The notes beneath the pieces were generated by a model that worked only from the letters and a program-made list of their open reading frames with translations, made no database searches and was not told the origin of the DNA. From Corallochytrium limacisporum Hawaii (taxonomy: Eukaryota; Protista; Pluriformea), in the NCBI GenBank assembly GCA_002811645.1, contig PDIP01000001.1, forward strand, positions 289,403-353,402: DNA of 64,000 nt. Reading direction: 5' to 3'. A program made the position numbers and the translations under genes. Positions 32,801 through 43,426 of the stretch are shown here, one piece after another. Position 1 is the stretch's first letter, and each line of letters begins with the position of its first letter.

Positions 32801-33521
32801 TGCCACCGTCAAATCACGCAGTGGTGGTGGTCGCAGGCGCCGCAAGGAGGACATGAACGGATTCATTGAGAGTGAAGATGATTCGGATGCGAGTGGTGTC
32901 GATTATGGTGCCAAGAGGGACAAGAAGTCTAAGGGTAAGAGGAAGCCCAAGAGGATGAAGCAGACGAGGCTCTACGAAGGATCAGACGCATCTGACTCGG
33001 AAGATGAATCGGATATGTCCGAGGAGGACGCTGACGATGATGTCACCGACAGTGATGCCTCCGGAGATGACAGTCAGAAGAAAAAGCGCCGAAAGAGCAA
33101 GAAGCGCAGGCGGAGGTCGAAGAAACGCCGCTCACGCAAGGCTTTAGACTCCGACGATGACGAAGTCGACGATGATTCGGAGGAGGATCGCCGTCCAACC
33201 TCGCGCCTACGCCGTGGTGGTGGGGACCGTGGAAGAGCCAGCAAATTGACAGCGGACGTTATCGAAGACAGCGATGAAGAAGCCGAAGCGGCTGGTTGGG
33301 TCAAGCCACCCGCCCCCGTTGCAAAGACAGACGGAGACGGAGACGGTACGGTCGACAAGGAAACAGTGGAGGAAAGCCCGAAGCGGACCACGGCGAAGCG
33401 CGTCGTTTTCGCAGACGACGACGATGACGACGACGACCTCGGCCTCGACGGAGATGGTGACAACGACGAGCCACCAAAGCCAAAGAGGGCCCGCGTTGAA
33501 TCTGATGATGATGACGACTGA
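29826..33521 (+). CDS. CTR9: RNA polymerase II-associated Paf1 complex subunit CTR9 (TPR repeats)
   Basis: EVIEVPVDSLP...LEMERCSLQYW, LANHFFYRRDF, many TPRs, NIFAANGLGVI, VWINLA, coiled coil and an acidic/basic tail. First ATG at 29826. Confidence 0.95.
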   Translation: MTSVHTGYNPRSGGSQRYGGSTESQTVPESEGVLVIRKNNGEVIEVPVDSLPAAYETTGLLEMERCSLQYWNRAAIAYYSVDRGEEAIEVLQQAARATNVPAEKSDRARVHTLMGIVQLERAMDLVLGRSKDGEGQSTKKSKEEYLQDANTEFTKATAIDADDVQLTVARGVMQLLRSSTAENDKAQQTFSSALRQNPRLVPALLGRAVVRFQKKNYEGALNDYRYALRSAGSDKAVADIRVGVGICAFQLERYGLAERAFNRVLVLDANNVSAKLGLALIQMNRKTNEGNQEGVKILRSAYDVEPTNSLLLCHLANHFFYRRDFGKALTLATVAQTHAESNERQGEACYQQARAYHAQGQLDKALRFYYQAVKMNEDHMLARFGLAQMFMREDKKDVAKAIEQLLAIHRKQGPTYEVTKLLGSLYASTHPPQVAKATEFLKQAVEKTPEDLECLIELAAVQENTDAREALKTYELIIRTVVESGYGVPPVFHNNSGVMHFRLEQYEQALKSFRAALKELEELQEDADEAENATATDNVDAADAEDQADKKYAVTIRFNIARACEALHLWDDAKKAYESLLEDFPSYGSAQLRMGFWHLEQGDKDAALKVFEEIAAKTQKRSSRLNDTTHADAVCMQGNILLQQQRWTDAQQRFDSVRNRARDDEYASVQLGNIYLRSASLSPDPTTKEKRLARAYQLFSDVLKKHKRNIFAANGLGVIIAESGEDYLNDAKNVFMTIREATGEQADVWINLATVCTELGSHQQAVALYTRTLKRFFANSPQKSLLLMIARANYLMNSYKDALLSLEHAQHLDPNDKGVATNICLVQQQIAQSILEQQTQSVEETNQALKAIELSIRSLNTLFNSVQKLEETLKKNPSEVTGNPRDTKPFDGASRRRFLGVDSKQIGSLAKRGHTLYGRVRKMVESAKRNQQHVQELARQQEEKRQELLARKQREKEEEEARKREVEAKHEEILRKLDEEAEELKEKVKSTAATVKSRSGGGRRRRKEDMNGFIESEDDSDASGVDYGAKRDKKSKGKRKPKRMKQTRLYEGSDASDSEDESDMSEEDADDDVTDSDASGDDSQKKKRRKSKKRRRRSKKRRSRKALDSDDDEVDDDSEEDRRPTSRLRRGGGDRGRASKLTADVIEDSDEEAEAAGWVKPPAPVAKTDGDGDGTVDKETVEESPKRTTAKRVVFADDDDDDDDLGLDGDGDNDEPPKPKRARVESDDDDD

Positions 33522-33766
33522 GGAACAAAATGCCACTACGCTGACCCATGAGCGTGTCGGCCGACAAGTGAACGCAATTTCCAGGTTGGAGACCTCAGGT
33601 GTAAAAACTTTTAAATATAGACACTAGTACCAGACCAGATCATGGCAGGGAGAAAGTGCGAAATGACGGCGTAGCACTGTTACGCTTGGTATGTATTTGT
33701 GAAGGGCCCATTGCAAAAAAATGGTAGGTACTTGACATATGCTTGGTAGTCCGTTCGCTTTATTTC

Positions 33767-35956
33767 TCAAGGGCACTTCTCGTCAAAAATATCCGGATTT
33801 TCAATCCATTCCTTGCGGTTACACCACAGTTGATTCGTTGTGGAAAGTGAGGCCATGATACTGCCTCCGATCCATGCGGCATGCCTGCGTTCCACGGTGC
33901 TGCTCTGAGCACTGAACTTTACACGTGTACCCATGGGTGCCTGTTGAACAACGTCGTTATGCACACGTTCCACAAAGCCGGGCGTCAGGGACATGGCACC
34001 TGTGAGGATAATACCAGCGTACAGCGAGGGTCGCAGATCGACATGGCACACTTCGAGAGTCTCTAGGATCATGTCCACAACGCCAATTAGTCCGCGCTGA
34101 ACTGGATTAGACACTTTCTCCGCTTCGGCTCCGTCTATATCTGTCCCATTTCTCTTCTCAGCAGCACCAGATACGTCCATGGCATCTCCAGGGTCAGCGT
34201 CTCCGTTGGCTTCGGCAGATGCTGCTGATGCGCGCTCTGCAGGGCCAGCACCCGCGGTCGCCTCTCCGCCCTCCGTAGTCGGTGCTGTTGCACCACCCTC
34301 AGCACCACCGTTGTTCTCAGCGCTACCGCCTACAGCATCCGCGGTAGTGTCTGTTGTCTTGGGTTCGGCAGCACTGGACGCAGCCGCCACGTTCTTCGAG
34401 GAGCCACTGCTTAATCCGAGGGCCTGCAACTTCTGCCCACTGCTCTCGCCACTGTAGCGAATAGTCCCAGCCAAGGGACGTCCCAACAGGGGATGCTGCC
34501 ACTGCGTATCGATGCAGTATTCCTCGGGCTGGAACAGACCCTCCGGAATTGCGAATCGTTCAGGACCGTAAGCCACCGTTACACGTCCCGGGAACTCGTA
34601 AGACGGCTGCGGCAGCTGTTTGACTTCGTCCTCATTGTAAGGATACTCCATAACCTGGCCAATGTGATTATGCACATCGCGCATGAGTTGCAGCTGGGCG
34701 TATTCCTTGAACTGTGCAGGAATAGCCTGCTCCAGCACTGCGCGTGCCATTGAGCCCGAGGTCGTGGCGTCATCTCCTTGGGCGGCTTTGCGGCTCTTTG
34801 TCTTGCGTTGGCCACCGTTCGCAGATGTAGCATTGGCGGCCCCTCCCTTTTTGGCCGCATTCTCGATAAATTCTTTGGCATGCATGGACAGATACTCCAG
34901 CGCAGCCCTTAGTCCAGGAGCAAGAACGTCCGGCGCTTCCTTAGCCTTCGATGCAGACTCCATGAGGTCAAGGAGGTACTGACCCTGAATGAAATGCGCA
35001 CCGAGGCCGTTTCGGACAATCGGACGCCCGAGCACAGAGCCATCCACCACGGACACCACTGACGCACCCTCTATGCCACAGTCGACCACCAGAGCCGTGC
35101 TGCGACCGTTGGCAAATGCTGTCAGTACGCCTCTCTTCGCAAAGTACAGGACCGGTGATTGCAGGCGATCAAAGAAAAGGCGTGCGATGCCCTGGCGCTG
35201 TGCACGGGTAGCCCAATTGCACTCGGCCCAGAGCACAGGGTGGTGCCGCACATCTTCGACACAGAGACCGCTGAGGGGTCGCATGGCATAGCGAACCAGA
35301 AGTTCTAGAATTTCCCAGTCCATCACTTCACCATGTTCATTGCAGACAGGCACAATTTTGAAGCGAGGGCTTTCGGCTGATTCTCTGGTACCGTCTGCGT
35401 CCTCGCCGTCTCCCTGTGGCTCCGAGGAGCCATGACGATGAATATAATCTTGAACCAACCGACGCAAAATTTCAAAATCATCCGGACTTGTGCCCAAGCC
35501 AAGGATTCGGGCCTGGCCGTCGCGGATAAGTGATGCCGCTTCGTCCTCCCGCTTCAGTGTGAGGTATGGCTTCAGCCGCTCCTCCTCAACATTACCATCA
35601 CTGTCCAGAGTGCGGATCAGATTCTGACGGAAAGCTTGATTTTCCTTTACCCCTTCCGTGTCACCAGCGGTCGTAATAGTGCCATTAGCATCCTCACCTT
35701 TCTGGTCGGTCGCGGGTCCACCTTCCGCAGACTTCTTCGGGTTGCCTCCCGAGGAGTTCGCGGACAACTTCAGCTTGTCTGCCTCAGCTGCCGCTTGCCT
35801 TTTTTCATCTTCATTCAGTGTCTGGACCACTACACAACTGGGAATCATAAGACGCGGGGTGTCCTCACCGGCGAAGCCACACCGAAGGTACTCAAAGTCC
35901 AGATCAAACACGATTGTGTTGATGTCCTGGCCGCCAAACTGTTGTGAACTGGTCAT
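33767..35956 (-). CDS. ARP4: Nuclear actin-related protein 4 (ARP4/ACTL6/BAF53)
   Basis: FGGQDINTIVFD...GFAGEDTP, HPVLWAE, AFANGRSTALVVDCG, YEFP...YGPERFAIPEGLF, ERRHAAWIGGSIMASL, ends EKCP; large low-complexity insertions. Confidence 0.92.
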   Translation of the reverse strand: MTSSQQFGGQDINTIVFDLDFEYLRCGFAGEDTPRLMIPSCVVVQTLNEDEKRQAAAEADKLKLSANSSGGNPKKSAEGGPATDQKGEDANGTITTAGDTEGVKENQAFRQNLIRTLDSDGNVEEERLKPYLTLKREDEAASLIRDGQARILGLGTSPDDFEILRRLVQDYIHRHGSSEPQGDGEDADGTRESAESPRFKIVPVCNEHGEVMDWEILELLVRYAMRPLSGLCVEDVRHHPVLWAECNWATRAQRQGIARLFFDRLQSPVLYFAKRGVLTAFANGRSTALVVDCGIEGASVVSVVDGSVLGRPIVRNGLGAHFIQGQYLLDLMESASKAKEAPDVLAPGLRAALEYLSMHAKEFIENAAKKGGAANATSANGGQRKTKSRKAAQGDDATTSGSMARAVLEQAIPAQFKEYAQLQLMRDVHNHIGQVMEYPYNEDEVKQLPQPSYEFPGRVTVAYGPERFAIPEGLFQPEEYCIDTQWQHPLLGRPLAGTIRYSGESSGQKLQALGLSSGSSKNVAAASSAAEPKTTDTTADAVGGSAENNGGAEGGATAPTTEGGEATAGAGPAERASAASAEANGDADPGDAMDVSGAAEKRNGTDIDGAEAEKVSNPVQRGLIGVVDMILETLEVCHVDLRPSLYAGIILTGAMSLTPGFVERVHNDVVQQAPMGTRVKFSAQSSTVERRHAAWIGGSIMASLSTTNQLWCNRKEWIENPDIFDEKCP

Positions 35957-36781
35957 GATTTAGTGTGCAAACTACTGCTTCGATCTGTGTGCGGATTTAT
36001 CTCTACTATTTCCTTCTTCAGTCTTAAGGACATTCACTATGGCATGTTTAAGGTTCTTTTGCTTTGTTCTCTTCCCACAACACAACCGGGACAATATGTT
36101 TATAGCAGAACCATTTACAGGAACGCCCTCTGTAACATTCGTTTGTAGCCTGGCGGTATCTAATTTATTAGTCGCATCAAATACTTTCATAGCACTAGAT
36201 GCCATCTCTGTGAAAGAGAGTGCTACCAACCAAAACTAACAAAATGTGTCCAACGTACACACAGCCCGATGCGTCTCTCCAGGGACGGTCCTTCGAGTGC
36301 GCCTGCGCTCTCAAGGGCGCAAGAAACCAAAACACACCCAGGAGGCCGGGATAGGAGAAGGCAAAAGGGAAACCACCTGGCCCAACTGGCACACCATGTC
36401 CTCCCCTTCTCCAGCTCCCCCCCCGGGGGGGGGGGTTGAGGGGAGGCCTCCTCTTTGCGGCCAATACGCAAATCGGCGGAAATATGGGCGCGCAGACTCT
36501 TTTGACAAATGTCAGTATATAAATCATAATAATGATCCCTTGGTGAATTATGAAAACAAAGTAAGAAAGTATATTTGAATAGACTGTGATTAGTATGGTC
36601 GTTTAAGGGTGACCCCGCCCCCCGAAAGGGGAGAGTTGGGAGGAAAAAGGGACTCCGATCGGCACCGGTCCATCATCTTTCACATTTGTCCCTTCAGCAA
36701 CCGATGCTTTTCCCCTTGATATACACCTTGATCATTGCTTTTCAATGAAAAACGAACAAGTTTCTAGCTTGTACTTGCCAC

Positions 36782-37507
36782 TCAGATCTGACTCTCAAAA
36801 GGGAAGACTTGGCCACAGCCGGGCGTCCACACGAGGGTCATGGTGCTGCTCTTTTTGATGCTGGTCAGTTCCTGGTCATGGTACTGAACCTGCTGAGTGT
36901 TGCGGTGTACATCACGCGCGATCTCCCGGATATCACATTCACGGTGCAAAGTTTGTATAGTTTTGATCGCACTTTCCAATGACTCTACCTTGGATGGCAT
37001 TGTCTCCAGCTGGCGCATGGTGACCGCATTCTGTGCACTCTCAACGCTCACCACGTCAAGCAGCCGTGAGACGTGATCAAATCGTACTAGTAGGTCATGA
37101 TACATTGCCTTCATTTCCTTCATGGATTGAGTGTTGATCTCTTCGCTGATCTCGGAGTCAGCGGTTCCGGCAAAACTGCTGAGAACCTCAGAAGCGGCTT
37201 CAGCATCAAGTGCCGCGGTGAGCCCTGTGTACTGCGGTCCGGAGCGCAGTGTTGCCAGTCCAGGTGTGCCGTAGCTGAGCAGACTGCGTCGACTGCTCAT
37301 ACCACTAGTCAGTCTCCGACGGGCACTCGAGAGCCTTTCGTTTGCACTCATTCCCTGGGGAAGACGAGGGACGCCTTTTGCAACTTCCGGCGTTATGGCG
37401 CTGATTCCACTCTGCATTGTGCTGTTCAGATACTCCTTCGGGGGAGGAGTAGGGTGTACGTCTACGGGCTGTGATCCGTTTTGGGGCCTTGAAAGCGCTA
37501 TGGGCAT
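36782..37507 (-). CDS. Hypothetical 241-aa protein with a disordered N-terminus and coiled-coil C-terminal half
   Basis: First ATG at 37507 (gcaccATG); heptad-like MKEMKAMYHDLLVRF...KVESLESAIKTIQTL; no family recognised. Confidence 0.5.
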   Translation of the reverse strand: MPIALSRPQNGSQPVDVHPTPPPKEYLNSTMQSGISAITPEVAKGVPRLPQGMSANERLSSARRRLTSGMSSRRSLLSYGTPGLATLRSGPQYTGLTAALDAEAASEVLSSFAGTADSEISEEINTQSMKEMKAMYHDLLVRFDHVSRLLDVVSVESAQNAVTMRQLETMPSKVESLESAIKTIQTLHRECDIREIARDVHRNTQQVQYHDQELTSIKKSSTMTLVWTPGCGQVFPFESQI

Positions 37508-40500
37508 GGTGCGTCTGTAATTGTCGTCTGTGTAGGGATATTGCACGTCTGGAGTCCGATTCGCCAATTCTTCGCATATTGGTCCTTGCTTTCAAGTAGA
37601 GCTATGAGTCTTCTAGATACGATACATTCTCATTGCGTCAACGTCGCGACCAAACTCCGGAAACGTGGCTACCCTTTGGGCCACCGTCTGGTTCTCCAAT
37701 GAGGACGTAAGACCAGCCGTGCCAAGGTGGGTCTGCTGGTGAATCTGCTGCCTGCCACCGTGATTGACGGCCTCGGGTGTGGGGGACCCAAACACTAGTT
37801 CAGGCGGGGAAGTGGGGGGTGTTCTGCGTGCAACTTAAAATAGCAAAGTTTCTCCCGCCAAAACACACCACAGCTGTTCTGTATACTGAACATATGGACT
37901 GACTTGGAAGAGTGGAAGGGAGTCTGATTAATTGTGTCATATTGGAATCGGTCCCCGCTCCCTCTTCGCTCTCTTCCGCGTCCAACAGGGGTGGACTGCT
38001 TGGGTCTTCATTCCGGGGCCTCATTTTTGCTAGGAAACCCCCTCACAAAAATAGACTCCAAGTAGCAGGGCAACTTGGCAACAAATATCAGGAGTCCATT
38101 TAAATGTATTGGACAGTGTGGGTGAGCAAGTTCGGTTGATCACGGACTGCACGGGGCCGGACCGTAGTCCTCATGTTCTCCCAAGCACGCATTCTTCTGT
38201 CCGAGGGGGCTCCACACGAGAGTGCGCCAGAGACTAGACATCCCAGGATCCCTCAGTCCCGAATCTGGGTGAGGAGAATGTCCAATGTGTGCCGGAGACG
38301 TTCTCGAGATGCACTAGTTGTGGTTCGGCTGGATGACTTTGACTTTTGTTGTGGGTTTCTCAAAGATGGACTGGATTGCTTCTGTCCTTTGTTTCGGGAT
38401 GTGCCCGTCCAGGAATGTGCAAGGGGACATCATGCAAGCATCAATGTACAGAGACGAGATCTGGTAGCACCAGCCGTATGACCTCACCATATGCAATCCT
38501 ATTGAGGCCGCTGCAAGGAGTATCTCATGGAACGAAAATGGCACCTCCACAAGATCTTCCCGTATGAAACTGGAGGGCCGATGGTGATTCCTCAACAGCA
38601 GTACGCAAGCGGACTCGAAACCTACCTCGAGACAAACGTATCGTTCGGAAGTAGACGGGCACGGAGAAGGTCATGAAAACATTGTCCGTATATCGGTTTC
38701 ATGTGCGTCCTGAGCAGGGCTGGTCCACGCTTAGAGAAACGTTACATTGGGGAAGTTAAAGACAGCGCGCCGGAGAAAACGCTACCCAACCGCGTCATTC
38801 CTCTCGTAAAAGGCGGGGGCCCACTCTCCGAAAAGGTAGCGCTCTGTACAAAAGTATCAGATGGAAGAAGAGACAACATTAAATGCAAATTGTCATGCAT
38901 TCTTTCTTTGGCAGGCAAAGTGTCGAGTGCAGTGTTCAAACGACAATCTCCACCATCACACGGTGCGAAAGGCACAATGGAATTGATGTAAATTAATCAC
39001 AAATGACAAATGCTGTCCGTACTCTGAACTTGGTGTGATCGTCACCGAAGGTCCCTTTTGGGGTGAAGGGCAAAATACCAGAGGGAGGAGATCCCGAACG
39101 AAGCCGGGGATATACCTTCAGGACCAACACTAGTCTTCCATACTCGTTGTAAGAGAAAGAGCTGGCATTTTTCCAACTCTCACCCATTCCGTTTCCAACC
39201 AACAGCTAAGCCTAACTAGGGACTTATTCATTTTTCTCCATTCTTTCTCTATTATTTTTTTTCTTTTCTTGCTGAGATATCTGACATTCTTTCTGTACTT
39301 CCTGTTAGGAGACCGAACGAGTTGGGCCACTGGTGAGAGAACAGGGAAAGCGTTTGCTACGCCCGCAGACGGAGGGACAAAAGGCGGCCGTCATCATGTG
39401 CGCGATTTGTCGTCATTGCCATCATCATGATGATGAGAAGGGAAGAAGACGACGTAAGACTACATAATCGAGGATTTGGGTAGGCAAACGACGCGTCTAC
39501 ACCAGCATGCACATGCTGACTGATACACTGAACACGAGCAGAACGAAAGCTGACGAAGTAGCGTCTCGTGCTGGGTGCGGTTGCTACACATGAGTTGCAC
39601 AGACTCGCCTAAGCGATTTCCGAATCCCTTTGTTCCCTCCGGTCATTCATCACTTTGACTTTGATGACATTCCCAACCATGGTAGAAGTCATCCTGCTTT
39701 CTCTTTAGATCTCATCTACCGGACCCGAAACAAATCACGCCATGGAAAATCTTCATGGCTGGGGAAATATTTTTGGTTGAAAGCAAGATTTCAGTGAGAG
39801 TAACTGCGTCTTGTGTAGGTCGCATCCTTGCGAACCACGCTCGGATGCCGGGTATTGGTAGAAGCAAGATTGATCTTCGCCAGGGTATTTTAGATTGCGC
39901 GATAACACAAAATCTTCGCGACGTAATGTATCACTCTGATGGCTTGGAGGGGGGTGGGACAAAGTTCTAGCCTGTCACCCAGGGAGGGGTGCGGAGAACG
40001 ATGGTCTTGGAAACGGACACAGATGGACAACAGCCAAAGGGAAGCAAATTCTGCAAACTTAAACTGAAACCGCATGGCGGGACGTAGCGTCATGGTATCA
40101 GAATACGCATATTAACGTAGAGTAATCCCAGCTGTACGCAACCAGAACTACTATGTTTCCAACATCGCTTAAGTTTGGCCTCGTATAGAGGGACAAGAGC
40201 ACTGGTACGTATGCACCCACATGTTGACCCCGTGTCTCCTGGAGATCGACCACGCGTAGCGGTCATAATTTGTCGGGCTGTGGTTCTGCGACAAAAGGAA
40301 CACCCTTTCAAGGTAACCGCGACCACAAGGCCACAGCAGCGCCGCGGGTCGTCAACCACTCTCTAAGTGCGAGGATTTCTGTTACCAACCCTGCCTGCTC
40401 CTTGCTTTTCCACCGGCGTGAAGCAAGCTCTGCTATGCCCGGGCAGAAGCAGCAGGAATTGTCATAATGTCTCAGAGTGAAGTGTGTCGGGCCCCGGGGA

Positions 40501-41094
40501 GGAGCGAATACAAAAAGGAAGGAGGAGAGGGGGAGAGTTTGGGGGGGGGGGGGATGTAATTGAATCGACATGAAAAAAAAACTGAGTGAATTCAAAATTG
40601 AAAAGGAAGTAGACTCATTCGACTCGGCGTCGAGGACGCCAAGGAACCACCGACGAATCACGAAGAAAAAAAAGCGAAGGAAAGCATAAAATTGAAAATG
40701 GGCAGCAGCGTAGAGCCTCCCAGTCCCGTCCGCAAAGTTTAGGAGAAAGAGAGGAAAGAAAATCAAGCGTAGGGGAATGCGGCCCCTCCCCTTCTTTCCC
40801 CTTCCAGACTCTCACTCTTTTCCACTTCTACCATCACCTGCTCGGCCGCATTGCACAAACCACTACGACGGAGGAGAGAGAGCCAGCGAAGGCAGACTTC
40901 TCTCCCCTTCTGCCCCGCAAACGAAATGCCTGTGGTTCAGAAACGAAAGCAGGGCCAAATGAGACTTTGTGAAGGCAAGAGCGAAGAGAAATAACGGTAG
41001 TGTGGTTATTGGAGAAATAGTGTGACCCCAGTGCCACAAGGGAAAATTGGAAGCATAAGGTCCGTCCTCAGCAGGGACCCCCTCCTTCTCCTTC

Positions 41095-42790
41095 AGAGAG
41101 AGAGAGAGGGAGAGAGAGGGAGAGGGAGAGTGAGGGAGGGAGAGCAGTCGGACGATGGGGGACGGGTGAATCCTGCAAAAGAATGTAAAAGGAATGCAAG
41201 ATCACCACGCAACAGAAACGACGTACGTACCATGCACCGGCCACATGCTCATAGATCAGTGCCTACCCAACCCATAGCAAACACAATGCTTAAAAGCCGA
41301 AAAGCAACCCAAGGTTCTTGCCAATTAACAACAACAATTAAGAGCCAATTCCAATCGAGATCCCCTCACTGACACAACACACGCTCTCTTCCTACGTACC
41401 CGTGCAATCCCACGAGAGCCAACCCCCCCCTCCTCCTCCTCCTCTCCTTCCTCTCTGTTTCTTCCAGTGACAAACCCCCCCTCTAAAAACCCACTTGGCC
41501 AGCCTTTGGCCTTTTGGGAGGGAGAGGGAAGTGGAAGGAAAGGAACGAGGGGCTAGCGTAGGGAGAGAAGAGAGAGAGAGAGAGGGAGAGGGGGCGGTGG
41601 CCTCCCCTTCTTTTTCTGCCTCCTTTCTTGTTCTCTCTCGCTCGCTCGCTCTCTCTCTCTCTCTTCTCTTTCCGCACATTTTCAATAGTTTCTGGTATTT
41701 TTGGCCCCTTTGCGTGTGATGTGACGCCAAACGGGCGTAGCTTTCGCCGGGGGAAGATTGAGATGTTTCCGTAGCGTATCAATGGCCCGGGAAATTAGTA
41801 TCTCTTAAAACTGAAAATCGAAGGGAGGGCGGGGGACAAAAGACTGAGGAGGAGGACGACGAAGAGAGCGGAGAGGAAAACATAGAAAGAAAGAGAAAGA
41901 AAGGAATAAAGAAGAAAAAAGAAAGAAAGAGCAAACAAAAAGAGAGAGAGAGGCACACACGCACCCACACACGCGCAGCATAGACAGAGAGAGAGAGAGA
42001 GAAAGAGACAGAAGGACTGAGGAGTGCACAAAGGAAAACCAACCAAAAAAAAAGAAGATGAGAAACCAAAAAAAAATAGAGGGGGACACTGCGGCTGGGG
42101 ACCAAAGCACCGTGGCACGTTTACGACACAACGAAGACTGGGATCGGAACTAAGAATATACCGGCCACACCCCCGCGCACCGGAGGAAGTGCAAAGGGCA
42201 GGGAAGGGGAGAAGAGAGAGAGACACACACACACACAGAGGCACAGAGAGAGACACAGAGAGAGAGAGGGAGAGAGCGTCCCGCTTGGGTTCCGCCCGGG
42301 GCGGGGGAGGGTGCGGTTTAAAGGGTGAGTCGCAGCGCAACGGGCGCGAGCCGAATATTAAAAAAAAAAAGGACCCAGAGTTCCCCCATTCTTTTTTGGG
42401 CTCCTAGCGAAAAAAGCCATTCGTAGTTTGCCCCTCCTTTTCACCGGTCCACCAGGGTCAAAAGCGAAGGGTGTCAGACTGCCGTTGTTCCCTCACTCCC
42501 CTTTTCTGTTGCGGAGAGCCCCCGGGGGAGGTTGGGGGAGGGGGGAGGTGGGAAAGAACGGAACGTTTTCATCTCCAGGCCACACTTGGCCAGAAACAAA
42601 GGAACGCAGGCAGCAGAAGAAAAGAAGCGAGAGGTAAGGGAGCAAAAGACATAAGAAGAACAAAAGAAAAAAGGAAAGGAAAGAAAGAAAGAAAGTAAAG
42701 GAAAGGAAAGGAAGGGAGCGGGGGGGGTAGGGGGAACACAGAGAGAGAGAGAGAGAGAAGAGGGACGGCAGGGAGCGAGAGAGATCCCGG
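41095..42790. repeat. GA/AG-rich low-complexity and microsatellite region
   Basis: Many (GA)n, (CT)n, (CA)n and poly-A/G runs. Confidence 0.8.
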
Positions 42791-42933
42791 GAGAACGATG
42801 GGTCCTGCTTAAGTGAATTTTGTGCGTTGGGGGTGCGTTGTCCTTGCCTCCGGAATCAATAGAAGTTAGTGACCGGAGCTTTCCGTCAGTTCGGTACGTA
42901 TTTTCCGTTTGATTGTGGACATACCACCGGGCC

Positions 42934-42937
<4 letters not shown>

Positions 42938-42986
<49 letters not shown>

Positions 42987-43071
42987 TATCTAGTNNNNNN
43001 NNNNNNNNNNNNNNNNNNNNNNNNNNNNNNNNNNNNNNNNNNNNNNNNNNNNNNNNNNNNNNNNNNNNNNN

Positions 43072-43116
<45 letters not shown>
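42938..43116. repeat. (GT)n microsatellite spanning an assembly gap (N 42995-43071)
   Basis: Directly visible; both tracts end in gg(t/c)atctagt, so they are probably one overlapped locus. Confidence 0.95.
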
Positions 43117-43118
<2 letters not shown>

Positions 43119-43426
43119 CATCTAGTCACCTGGATTGTGTTCGTTGGCAGAGGGTGGCCGCTCAGGTACACACCGTTGTCACATTCCGTCGCCAACCGAT
43201 ATTGAAACGTGAGATGGTACTTGATCAACCTCGGGTCCACAGCACTTGGTGCGCAGAGGGGGGAAGGGTGATTTGGAGAAAGGAACCGCGTCAAAGGTGT
43301 GAATGATCAGCGGTGTGTTCAGTTCAATGTTCTGTTACTGGGGACCTCGGGCCACTCACAACTACCGAAATCTTTTAGATTTATCCGTAGCCTAGTCACA
43401 CACACACACACACGCTCAAAGCAGCA

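Noticed and set aside
9218-35956. Functional cluster of chromatin genes (ASH2, CTR9, ARP4)
   Set aside because: Interspersed with unrelated genes; such housekeeping genes are common enough for chance proximity.
37568-37795. In-frame upstream ORF joined to 36782-37567 by readthrough or a 36-nt intron
   Set aside because: Two different stops (TAG, TGA), poor splice signals, and a good ATG at 37507 explains the gene.
38173-38481. VVVRLDDF resembling a reverse-transcriptase YxDD motif, with 36782-37507 as a gag
   Set aside because: No Tyr, no other RT motifs, opposite strands, and no LTR, integrase or recombinase.
42866-43306. ORFs with poly-CV/HT translations (also 48442-49041, 49230-50464)
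   Set aside because: Translations of (GT)n, (CA)n and (GA)n microsatellites and N gaps.
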